Shown: positions 13,411-21,781 of the stretch, in pieces
Layout: the number at the start of each line of letters is the position of its first letter
Numbering within the stretch: position 1 is the stretch's first letter
Assembly (NCBI GenBank): GCA_963788285.1
Contig: CAWBGB010000009.1
Span: forward strand, 5,375-69,374
Reading direction: 5' to 3'
Origin: an uncultured Alicyclobacillaceae bacterium
GTDB lineage: Bacteria; Bacillota; Bacilli; Alicyclobacillales; Alicyclobacillaceae
DNA length: 64,000 bases
Made by a program: the position numbers and the translations under genes
The notes under the pieces: generated by a model
What the model was told of the DNA's origin: nothing
What the model saw: the letters and a program-made list of their open reading frames with translations, nothing else
Databases searched by the model: none

Positions 13411-13466
13411 AAAAACCACTTGCTCTCGTACATCAAAGTACGGAAGGCAAGTGGTTTTTTGTTGTT
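13411..13466 (+). terminator. intrinsic terminator after tRNA-Pro
   Basis: AAAAACCACTTGC ... GCAAGTGGTTTTT stem followed by TTGTTGTT. Confidence 0.75.
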
Positions 13467-14160
13467 CTTTACCAAGGATTTTCCGTCGCACTCCTACCGT
13501 GTCACCGGATTTCCAAGAGCGATGAGGTGACGAACGATTCCCTCCTAGAACGGAGATGTAGGGCTAGAGCTCAACGTATGACTCGAATCACAATGAACGT
13601 ATCTCCTTCTTTGAAATATGCCTATTCCATTCGTAATACAGTATGCCCGACTTCGTATTACTCGATCAGGTACCGACGTCCAGCCATTCGCCGTGCCAGC
13701 GCTCCCTTTGGTCACTATCGCCCCCTTCCCCTGTTGTTGGGTCTTCCAGGTTGCTGGTGATTGAGATGATTCCTGTACATCGCAGAGTGGAGAGCGACCT
13801 GTATTTCCGATTTGCTGCACATGCTTGAACATCTCTTCAAAATAAATAAAATAAATAAAACGTGCACTGAATGACGAGTCACCGGTGCCGAACAAAATGA
13901 AGTTCTCCATTCATGTCGCCTTGTCAGTGAATTTGACAACATGTCTAATCCACAAAACAAGCATTAGCGTGAGCAGCTACCGTTTATTGCAAGGCCTTGA
14001 CGTCCCGGATGATTTCGTCAAAGTTAAGCGTTTTTGAATCTGTCCTTCACGGTTAATTAAGTAGAAACTTCGTCCGTGCATAATATCCCTCTATTGACGT
14101 CTCCCATTCACATTGGCAGACGACAACGATACGGGGTGCTACGGCGAGCAAATCTCAATG

Positions 14161-14194
14161 GCGTGAAGGCATCCTGTGTCGGATGCCTTCACGC
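14161..14194 (-). terminator. perfect 14-bp hairpin downstream of the YbjQ operon
   Basis: GCGTGAAGGCATCC-tgtgtc-GGATGCCTTCACGC. There is no strong T-tract on either strand, so function as a terminator is inferred from position only. Confidence 0.35.
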
Positions 14195-14260
14195 TAGTAA
14201 ATTGTCAAGTTGGCCCCTACATCCACGAACAGTGAGCTGCAAAGCTCTCTTACCTAGGAC

Positions 14261-14500
14261 CTACCTCTTGTCCACGGTTTCATAGAACCGTTCGCCCGTT
14301 TGCGGGTTGAACCAGACGTGCTGTGTGACGCCGGTGGTTGGATCGACAAAGACTTCATCCGTCCTGACAAATCCAATCGGCGGCTTCCCACTTTGCCGCG
14401 TCCGGCGGCGATAACGGATCCATAGCGTCGCCACAACCGAGAGACCCACAATCAAAACTTCAAAAACAAAGTAAGAAAGAATAAACTTAGGCACGTTCAT
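14261..14500 (-). CDS. small hypothetical membrane protein (79 aa)
   Basis: MNVPKFILSYFVFEVLIVGLSVVATLWIRYRRRTRQSGK... has one TM helix followed by a basic stretch. Overlaps the stop of the upstream YbjQ gene by 14 nt. The track ORF start at 14572 lies inside ybjQ. Confidence 0.45.
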   Translation of the reverse strand: MNVPKFILSYFVFEVLIVGLSVVATLWIRYRRRTRQSGKPPIGFVRTDEVFVDPTTGVTQHVWFNPQTGERFYETVDKR

Positions 14501-14816
14501 GCTCGTGAACCACGACGGCTGTGCCGTACGCGACAATTTCGGACATCGACTGCCCAATCTCACTCGAATCAAACCGCATCATGATGACGGCGTTCGCCCC
14601 CAAGGCGTGCGCGTTCTGTACCAAGCGGTCGATAGCAGATTTCCGGGCGTCTTCCAGCATTTCCGTGTACTCGACGATTTCTCCACCCTTGAGACTGCGA
14701 AGAGCAGCTGTAATGTTGCCACCAATGCCGCGACTACGCACAACCACACCGAATGCACTGCCGAGCACCTTTTCAACCTTGTATCCAGGAATGGATTCCG
14801 TCGTAACCACCATCAT
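14487..14816 (-). CDS. YbjQ/UPF0145 family protein
   Basis: 109 aa, MMVVTTESIPGYKVEKVLGSAFGVVVRSRGIGGNI...ANAVIMMRFDSSEI is typical UPF0145. Confidence 0.8.
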   Translation of the reverse strand: MMVVTTESIPGYKVEKVLGSAFGVVVRSRGIGGNITAALRSLKGGEIVEYTEMLEDARKSAIDRLVQNAHALGANAVIMMRFDSSEIGQSMSEIVAYGTAVVVHEHERA

Positions 14817-14980
14817 CGAAAACAGTCCTCCTCATGAAGTTGCATATCATCTGATAAATATGATTATTTTCAAATGATTATATTGCAGATTTTGTCAAGC
14901 GCAAGGTACAAAAAAACACCCCGCATGTTGCGCGGGGAGCGGTATACTGTGCCGTACTGCGGCAGCGACGTGTCCGTTCA

Positions 14981-15535
14981 CTAGTGCACAGCTGCGGGTT
15001 CTTGAACCGATTGGTACGTTTGATGCATCTTCTGTAACAAAGTACTCGCAGCCGGCTCCGAAGGATACCATCCGTGTTTCACCATGTACTCGGCGACTTC
15101 GAACGCGTGTCGCGAACACATCGTGAAGGCATCCTCAAGAAATTTTCGCAGCTGTGGATCCGAACATTCGAATGTGGCCCATGCGTAATCGCGGCCAGCG
15201 CGCTTCAACGTCAGTAGGTACGACGTAGCGATGGACCGGTCATCGAGTGCAGTCATCTCCGGATTCGGTGTCACCGCCTGCGGCAATTTGTTAGTCCCGC
15301 CCGACGTTTTCGAAGGCATTGACGGTACTTGCAGCTGCTGCGTACTGGTGCCTTTCGTCGCCCATTCCACTTTCATATTGTAGTCCTGAATGTGCGCGGC
15401 CATGTGCTTCTGAATGATCCCTTTCAACTCGGGGTCCTTCACTTGGCTGAGAAATAACCCCATGGAGTTAATGCTGTTGACACAACTCATGAGCAGCTCA
15501 TTCAGTTCACAGGCTTCATGGGTCAAGAGCGGCAT
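14981..15535 (-). CDS. spore coat protein, CotF-like
   Basis: Two Coat_F-like helical segments (HEACELNELLMSCVNSINSMGLFLSQVKDPELK; DRSIATSYLLTLKRAGRDYAWATFECSDPQLRKFLEDAF). SD GAAGGAGG. Confidence 0.7.
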   Translation of the reverse strand: MPLLTHEACELNELLMSCVNSINSMGLFLSQVKDPELKGIIQKHMAAHIQDYNMKVEWATKGTSTQQLQVPSMPSKTSGGTNKLPQAVTPNPEMTALDDRSIATSYLLTLKRAGRDYAWATFECSDPQLRKFLEDAFTMCSRHAFEVAEYMVKHGWYPSEPAASTLLQKMHQTYQSVQEPAAVH

Positions 15536-15730
15536 TCACAACGCCTCCTTCGAAGAATGATGCGAGACGGTTGTCAGCCTCACCACATTCGACCGCGCCC
15601 ATGCAAGTGATTTTTGCCATGCAAGGCATATGCAGACCATCTGAAACTTTAACTTTGCCAACGCTGACATGACGAAGCAGCTTCGTGCGTACACTAACCA
15701 AACGTCACAGTTGCAACAAGGGGTGAAGTC

Positions 15731-16114
15731 ATGGAGGTTCAGAACACGCCACAGGGCAAGATGGTCATTGTTACCAACGCACTGTACAAGCTCGCAGGGT
15801 ATGCGAGTGTACTGTTGATTGCCGATGTTCTGTTGCCTGGCCTGTACTCGTCCCTTGTCCCACTGTTTGTGACCGTGCTGGTTCTTACCGGCGTGGGGGT
15901 CATCGCTGATCTTGTCATCCTCCCCTTACTCGGAAATGTGATGTCACTTCTGATTGGAGCCCAAGGGTTTGTACTGATTCTCTACGTGACACCTCTGCTG
16001 TGGCCTGGATCGACCGTGACGCTCAGTCGAGCCATCGTACTGGCGCTGTGCATGGCGCCCTTAGAATTTGCCCTGCATCGATATGTCTTGCGTTGGTTGT
16101 TTCCGGACGGTTAA
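15731..16114 (+). CDS. small integral membrane protein (YndM/DUF2512-like)
   Basis: 127 aa with 3-4 hydrophobic helices. SD AAGGGGTGA. The family call rests on weak recollection only. Confidence 0.5.
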   Translation: MEVQNTPQGKMVIVTNALYKLAGYASVLLIADVLLPGLYSSLVPLFVTVLVLTGVGVIADLVILPLLGNVMSLLIGAQGFVLILYVTPLLWPGSTVTLSRAIVLALCMAPLEFALHRYVLRWLFPDG

Positions 16115-16277
16115 CACAAGCGATTTGCTAGATTCTACACCGCGACGAAAACCGCTAAAATATCAATTCTAACCGTCCCTTCTATGGTTCGAAAAAACCT
16201 AAAAAAGAGTGACAAAAAACTGAACATTCCCACGAAATTATAGATATCACGTTGTCGTCACTCGAGGGGGTATCCGT

Positions 16278-18656
16278 GTGAACCTGATAGACCTTTTGGA
16301 ACACAGTGTCCGTGCGCACGGAGGGAAGGAATGTCTCCGCTACAAACAAGGGGACCGATACGTCTCCATGACGTACGACGAATTCTGGAAGTCCATCTTG
16401 GCGTGCGTTGGCGGTCTGCGTCAGATTGGCGTCAAGGCGGGTGACAAGGTCGCTATCCTCGCGAACAACTGCCCGCAATGGGCCATCTCCGACTACGCCA
16501 TCCTGGCTATGGGCGCCGTGGTGGTCCCTGTGTATCCGACGCTACCCGCAGATCAGGTGGGGTACATTCTGGAAAACGCGGAAGTGTCCGTCTGTATCGT
16601 AGAGGATGAACAACAGTATGCAAAAATTCACTCGCAACGTTCTCCAAACCTGAAGCTGGCCGTGGTCATCCGGCACGAACACATGCATGACGTAGAGACC
16701 TCTGGTTTGCCTTGGCACCGATTCGATGAACTTATCGCACTCGGTCAGGAAGTCCCGTGGTCGAAAAAGTCCCCCGCAGATATTGATGCAGAAACACTCG
16801 CCACCATCGTTCACACTTCCGGGACGTCCGGCAAGCCAAAAGGCGTCATGCTGACCCATCGCAACGTCGTCTCCAACGTCACAGCGTGCCTCAGCGTGGC
16901 CCCTGTGTACGCCACCGATGTTTTGTTGTCCTATCTTCCGCTGTCTCATATTTTTGAACGGACCGTCGGTCAGTTTGCGGCACTGTCGGCAGGCAGTTGT
17001 ATTGCCTATGCTGAAAACATCGAGTCCATCCCGAAGAACATTCTGGAAGTTCGCCCAACCATTCTCGTCACCGTCCCTCGACTGTTGGAGAAAGTATACG
17101 GAAAGGTTATGGACACGGTGGCCAATTTGCCATCGCCTATCCGCTCCTTGCTGCAGTCTGGCATTCGTGAGGGCAAATCTTCGGGCTTGACCTACCGACT
17201 GGTCGACAGGCTGGTCTACAAAAAAATCCGCAACGGCCTTGGAGGCAGAATGCGCGTGGTGGTCTCCGGAGGGGCCGCACTATCTCCAGACGTAGCCAAT
17301 TTTCTCCTTCACGCCGGCGTTCCTGTGGTTGAAGGTTACGGAATGACGGAATCCGCTCCGGTCATTTGCGTGAACCCGCCGCACGACATCCGCCCCGGTA
17401 CAGTGGGGAAACCGGTGGAAGGCGTTACTGTCCGACTCGCCGAAGACGGAGAGCTACTCGTCAAAGGCCCCAATGTCATGGTCGGCTACTACCGAAATGA
17501 AGAGGCCACCCAGGAAGCGTTGGAAGGCGGTTGGCTGCGCACCGGTGACATTGCGGAGATTGAGGACGGGTACGTGAAGATTGTCGATAGAAAAAAGCAC
17601 ATCTTGGTCCTTGCGACTGGAAAAAATGTCGCCCCCGCCCCCATTGAAGGTGCCATCATGACAAGTTCCTACGTCTCGTCTGCCATTCTCATTGGAGATG
17701 GCCGTAAGTACGTGACCTGTCTATTGTCTCCCAGCATCCAAGAACTGCGCCCGGTGGCCGCCAAGTTGGATCTCCCAGACAATCCAGAAACCTGGGTCAC
17801 CCACCCTGAAATTCGCAATCTCTACGCACGCGAAGTGGAACAGAGAATCCGCGGCTTTGCACCGTTTGAACAGCCCAAGCGGGCGATTCTGATTGCAGAA
17901 GAACTGTCGGTCGAGTCTGGGGATTTAACACCGAGTCTGAAAGTCCGGAACAAGGTTGTCATGGCAAAATACGCGCGCCAAATTGAAGCTATGTATGAAG
18001 GTTCCGACTTTATTCCCTTGCTCAGCACTGGTCACGATGACGATGACAGCACCACACACAAAGATACACCGTCGGCACCGTCCATACTCACCGGGGATGG
18101 AGCCACAACTTCACCACCGAGACGAACACTCCGCCGCGGTCGGTATCTCCTAGCCGGTGGCATGGCCGCCGTGGTGCTGGCTGGCATTGTGGCTCTGAGT
18201 TCCCCTCACCTACCTAAGAATCTAGACATCCTGAGTATGGTGAAAGGCATCCACAATACGAACAGCAAGATCAATGATGAAAACAATCAAATTGTGTCTA
18301 GCCTACAGCACATCGACCAGTTGGCAGGTTCTACAAAAACGATGTCTGGGGATTTGCAGACACTGTCCGCTGGCGTCGGTACAGATACAGCCACGCTGTC
18401 TCACTTACAAGACCTGAGTCAACAGGAAGTCGACCTCAGTCAGCAGTTCTACGGACTGGCGCAGAAGTTGCAGACCGACATGGCTTCCCTAGGCGAGTCA
18501 TCCGGGAATCAAAACCAAAGTGCCAAAACCATGAACACGTCTGCACAGAGCATTTCTTCAACACTCTCGCAAATGATCAACGTCAACCATGAAATCTCGG
18601 GTCAATTGCAGACCGCAGACAGTAAAGCCAGAGTCATTGCGGGTGAAATGCCGTGA
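16278..18656 (+). CDS. long-chain acyl-CoA synthetase (COG1022/FAA1 type) fused to a C-terminal TM helix and a Q/S/T/N/L-rich helical module
   Basis: GTG start with SD GAGGGGG. Motifs TSGTSGKPKGVMLTHRN, GYGMTE, TGDIAE, DRKKHILVLATGKNVAPAPIE, LTPSLKVRNKV, and the usual enzyme end ...YARQIEAMYEG (~nt 18000). It then continues through an acidic/ST linker, PRRTLRRGR, a TM helix YLLAGGMAAVVLAGIVALS (~18144-18200) and ~150 aa of low-complexity helical sequence ending ...SKARVIAGEMP. Confidence 0.85.
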   Translation: MNLIDLLEHSVRAHGGKECLRYKQGDRYVSMTYDEFWKSILACVGGLRQIGVKAGDKVAILANNCPQWAISDYAILAMGAVVVPVYPTLPADQVGYILENAEVSVCIVEDEQQYAKIHSQRSPNLKLAVVIRHEHMHDVETSGLPWHRFDELIALGQEVPWSKKSPADIDAETLATIVHTSGTSGKPKGVMLTHRNVVSNVTACLSVAPVYATDVLLSYLPLSHIFERTVGQFAALSAGSCIAYAENIESIPKNILEVRPTILVTVPRLLEKVYGKVMDTVANLPSPIRSLLQSGIREGKSSGLTYRLVDRLVYKKIRNGLGGRMRVVVSGGAALSPDVANFLLHAGVPVVEGYGMTESAPVICVNPPHDIRPGTVGKPVEGVTVRLAEDGELLVKGPNVMVGYYRNEEATQEALEGGWLRTGDIAEIEDGYVKIVDRKKHILVLATGKNVAPAPIEGAIMTSSYVSSAILIGDGRKYVTCLLSPSIQELRPVAAKLDLPDNPETWVTHPEIRNLYAREVEQRIRGFAPFEQPKRAILIAEELSVESGDLTPSLKVRNKVVMAKYARQIEAMYEGSDFIPLLSTGHDDDDSTTHKDTPSAPSILTGDGATTSPPRRTLRRGRYLLAGGMAAVVLAGIVALSSPHLPKNLDILSMVKGIHNTNSKINDENNQIVSSLQHIDQLAGSTKTMSGDLQTLSAGVGTDTATLSHLQDLSQQEVDLSQQFYGLAQKLQTDMASLGESSGNQNQSAKTMNTSAQSISSTLSQMINVNHEISGQLQTADSKARVIAGEMP

Positions 18657-18673
18657 CGGGGGAGGGTTTGTAG

Positions 18674-19183
18674 ATGTGGAAAAAGTGGGTACTGTACATT
18701 GCCAATGTGATTGTTGTTGGCGTACTTGTACAACAGGTGATGACCACGACCTATCTAGCCAAAATTGACTATGGACTTCACTCTAGCCTTAATTCTACCA
18801 AACAGTTGGCGAGCATCGAGTCGTCCATCATTGAAAAAAACCATGCACTGCAAAGCATGGCGTCAACGACCAAATCCATGAGTGACCAACTGGGTTTGGT
18901 ATTGCAAGTGAACATGGCCATTGACAAGAACATCCACGCGATTGATGCGCTGAACCAGTCGACGCTCGATGTAAATCAAACCCTCGTCGGACTGGGCAAG
19001 CAGAGTCAGGTCAACCTCGCGTCCATCGCCAGGCAACTAGACCAATTAAACAGTGCTATCGGGCAGATGGGCGGTCAGCTCGGCCAACTCCAAGGAACGA
19101 TTCAACTCGATGCCTCCACGTTGAACGATATGAAAGCGCAAACAGACCAAATGAACTCGAAAGTTCCGGGGGTGACACCGTGA
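18674..19183 (+). CDS. single-pass membrane protein with Q/S/T/N/L-rich helical module (paralogue 1)
   Basis: 169 aa. SD GGGGGAGGG. MWKKW + TM helix VLYIANVIVVGVLV, then a Pro/Cys/Trp-free Q/S/N/L-rich sequence ending QMNSKVPGVTP. Confidence 0.7.
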   Translation: MWKKWVLYIANVIVVGVLVQQVMTTTYLAKIDYGLHSSLNSTKQLASIESSIIEKNHALQSMASTTKSMSDQLGLVLQVNMAIDKNIHAIDALNQSTLDVNQTLVGLGKQSQVNLASIARQLDQLNSAIGQMGGQLGQLQGTIQLDASTLNDMKAQTDQMNSKVPGVTP

Positions 19184-19698
19184 ACATACTGAAGGCGATT
19201 CAATGGCGCAAATGGATCTTTGTTGCAGGCCTCGTCGGGCTCGGAATCAACGGATTGGTTCAAGTCACTCTGCAACGGGATATGCGAGACAAGACATCCG
19301 TCCTTGCCTCGCAAGTGCAGCAAGCACAAACGCTGAGTGGGAAAATGACGGACAGTTTGTCGGGCCTGCCAGTGGTCGAACATCAGAGCGAAGCCATGGC
19401 CTCGTCACTCCAACAACTGTCTTCCCAGACGTCAGACATGGATCATGGTTTAGCCGTCCTGCAGCAGACCGTACAAGGCATCGCGAACGCGGTTCAATCG
19501 GTAGGAGCGAGCACCTCCACGAGCAGCACCTCCCTGACGCAGGCGCTGCACGCTGCGCAAGCGCTGCTGTCGACCCTGCAATCGATTCAGAACACAAATG
19601 GAAGCGTACTCGCCGACTTGAACCAGATGGAAACCGACCAGCAGGCTATCAACGCCGATTTGAATGCGATGAATCAAAAAATGGCATTGGTTCCATAA
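19180..19698 (+). CDS. single-pass membrane protein with Q/S/T/N/L-rich helical module (paralogue 2)
   Basis: 172 aa. GTG start overlaps the upstream stop (GTGA). WRKW + TM IFVAGLVGLGINGLV. Tail AMNQKMALVP. Confidence 0.7.
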   Translation: MNILKAIQWRKWIFVAGLVGLGINGLVQVTLQRDMRDKTSVLASQVQQAQTLSGKMTDSLSGLPVVEHQSEAMASSLQQLSSQTSDMDHGLAVLQQTVQGIANAVQSVGASTSTSSTSLTQALHAAQALLSTLQSIQNTNGSVLADLNQMETDQQAINADLNAMNQKMALVP

Positions 19699-19717
19699 AA
19701 ACAAAGGAGGAAGCCCT

Positions 19718-20518
19718 ATGCAACTGGGACTTGAATCGCGGAAACGAATCGGTATCCTGGCAGCGTTGGCTGTGGTCGTCGTGAGCGGTGGATACGCTGC
19801 TGTCAAGAACGTGAGCGGATGGACAGTTCCAAGGAACAACCTGTTTTCACTCATCGGAAACCTGAACACAACCACCAGCCAAGTGCTGAGCAATACTTCT
19901 GCCCTGCGCACACAAGTGAGTGGCGTTGCCAACCAGTTGGCAGAGCTGAACACACAGTCCAACATCCTGCAACAGCAATTGCAAACCAGCGACGACTTGG
20001 GGAGTCAACTCAACACGCAAGTGCAGCTGACAACTAACGCTGTCTCTCTCATGCGGCAGATTTTACAACGACAGATTCAAACGGAATCGTTGACAAACAC
20101 TCTCGCTTCCAAATCGAGTCAGCTACAAGGCACTGTGCAGCAAAGTGCCGAAACGTTGGGAGAGCTCCAAGGGGCAATTCAAGGAAGCTTGAACCAGTCC
20201 GTCGCGCTACACAACCAAATGGGAAGCTTGCTTAACGAAATGTCCGTGTCGGAAGACGAATTCAAGTTCTTCGGTCAAGTGAAGAATCTGTTGACTCTAC
20301 CTAGCAACGTGTTGCAGCAACTGCTGGGCTCCCTGTTCGGGAAAGCCCCCGCATCTGGCAGCGGAGCCAAGTCTTCTGGATCAATCTTATCCGGCGTTCC
20401 TTCCCAGGTGCTCGGTTCCAATCCAGTGACCGGCGCTGCAGGAAACTTGCTCGGTTCCAATCCAGTGACTGGCGCCGCAGGAAACTTGCTCGGTCCCGTC
20501 ACAAACCTGCTGCCATAG
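19718..20518 (+). CDS. single-pass membrane protein with Q/S/T/N/L-rich helical module plus Gly/Ser/Pro-rich repeat tail (paralogue 3)
   Basis: 266 aa. SD AAAGGAGGAAG. SRKR + TM IGILAALAVVVVSGG. Helical module, then FGKAPASGSGAKSSGS and a duplicated LGSNPVTGAAGNL, ending TNLLP. Confidence 0.7.
   Translation: MQLGLESRKRIGILAALAVVVVSGGYAAVKNVSGWTVPRNNLFSLIGNLNTTTSQVLSNTSALRTQVSGVANQLAELNTQSNILQQQLQTSDDLGSQLNTQVQLTTNAVSLMRQILQRQIQTESLTNTLASKSSQLQGTVQQSAETLGELQGAIQGSLNQSVALHNQMGSLLNEMSVSEDEFKFFGQVKNLLTLPSNVLQQLLGSLFGKAPASGSGAKSSGSILSGVPSQVLGSNPVTGAAGNLLGSNPVTGAAGNLLGPVTNLLP
20411..20488 (+). repeat. 2 x 39-nt in-frame tandem repeat inside paralogue 3
   Basis: ctcggttccaatccagtgacYggcgcYgcaggaaacttg occurs twice (20411-20449, 20450-20488). 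The two differences are both synonymous third positions. A degenerate third copy follows. Confidence 0.9.
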
Positions 20519-20554
20519 ACTCGCGAGCAACCTGTCGATGAAGGAGGCTACAAC

Positions 20555-21097
20555 GTGAACTCGACACGTATTCCATGGAAGATCAGTACCATCGTGGTTA
20601 CCCTGTTTTCGTTCGCGGGCGTTGCCGCGTTTGTCTATAGTCTGCTCCAGCTGACTGCCATCCAGGCGCAGATGGATCAGACGATGGAGGCTATCCGGAC
20701 GTCCGTAGGTACTACCAGCCAATTGGTCGGACAGACTTCCAAAGCGCTGCAACCGCTCACAAAAACAACACAGGCACTGTTGGCCATTGAACAAAACCAA
20801 CAAGACACAACGTCTCACCTGCGCTCGATGAACAACCACTTGCGCCAAACTGCTAACATTGAATCGGTTATTATCGAAAGGTTGGATTCGCTGAACGCTA
20901 GTACAAGCCAGATCAGTGAACAGCTGTCCAGTATGCAAAACACGAACGCCGAACTATTGTCGCAGAGTCGACAATCCGTTGCGCAAGCGAATCAGGAAAC
21001 AGCAGGCGTCGCAGATCTCAACGGCATGACGTCCACTTCCATTCAGGAGATGCATCAGTTGAACGGAAAGCTGAGTGTTTTACGCCTACTTCCGTAG
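20555..21097 (+). CDS. single-pass membrane protein with Q/S/T/N/L-rich helical module (paralogue 4)
   Basis: 180 aa. GTG start with SD GAAGGAGG. TM ISTIVVTLFSFAGVAAFVYSLL. Tail QLNGKLSVLRLLP. Confidence 0.7.
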   Translation: MNSTRIPWKISTIVVTLFSFAGVAAFVYSLLQLTAIQAQMDQTMEAIRTSVGTTSQLVGQTSKALQPLTKTTQALLAIEQNQQDTTSHLRSMNNHLRQTANIESVIIERLDSLNASTSQISEQLSSMQNTNAELLSQSRQSVAQANQETAGVADLNGMTSTSIQEMHQLNGKLSVLRLLP

Positions 21098-21198
21098 CAG
21101 CTGCCGCCATTGCGTTCTGATGCGTAGTTCTCCACCGTTTCGAACATACTAGCCTTGACTACGCTGTTTATGGAGCAGCGATAAAGGGGTAATGCACT

Positions 21199-21621
21199 TT
21201 GGCGATGATGTCTGACGAAGCCATGGCGGATCTTCTGTCCCATACTCGACTGATTGCATCGGTGGGGCTGGTCAACGACCCGAGTCGACCGAGCTACGAA
21301 GTCGCCAAATACCAACAGTCACAGGGGTACAAGGTCGTTCCTGTCAACCCAAACGAGGACTCTGTACTTGGACACAAGGCGGTAGACACCGTCAACCAGA
21401 TTGCTGAGCCGATTGACGTCGTCAACGTCTTTGTAAACGGCCGTGAGGCCCCAGCTATCGCGGAAGCGGCCGTTCGTGCGGGTGCTAAGGCGTTGTGGCT
21501 ACAGCCTGGTGTCGACAGTCCAGAAGCAGTGCAAACGGCCAGGGCCGGGGGATTGACCGTGGTTTCCAACAAGTGCTTTATGCGCGAGCACCAACGGTTG
21601 CTGTCTGACTTACCTATGTAG
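21199..21621 (+). CDS. CoA-binding domain protein (YccU/YneT-like)
   Basis: 140 aa. IASVGLVNDPSRPSYEVAKYQQSQGYKVVPVNPN...IDVVNVF is a typical CoA_binding_2 fold. TTG 21199 (SD AAAGGGG 8 nt upstream) or ATG 21205. Confidence 0.75.
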   Translation: MAMMSDEAMADLLSHTRLIASVGLVNDPSRPSYEVAKYQQSQGYKVVPVNPNEDSVLGHKAVDTVNQIAEPIDVVNVFVNGREAPAIAEAAVRAGAKALWLQPGVDSPEAVQTARAGGLTVVSNKCFMREHQRLLSDLPM

Positions 21622-21781
21622 ACACACGGAAGCGCGCGTCTGTGACAACTTGATGAACCCTTGTCAAGCCGACCGACTTTTCACGGGCGGCTTGTCCGTG
21701 TTGGATTGCGGTTTCCAGCCAGCTGCTGGTAGAATGCGAGAGAATAGAAGTTGGTACTCGGCCGCGAAAGGGGTTTTTGAA

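Noticed and set aside
13839-13860. AAATAAAT-type short tandem run, and a general check for CRISPR arrays or IS elements
   Set aside because: The run is only ~22 nt of low-complexity A/T. There are no spaced direct repeats, no transposase ORF and no terminal inverted repeats anywhere in the window.
13545-13910. 121-aa minus-strand ORF in the tRNA-flanking gap
   Set aside because: There is no SD, the composition is odd, it overlaps the A/T run and has no recognisable domain. It is probably non-coding.
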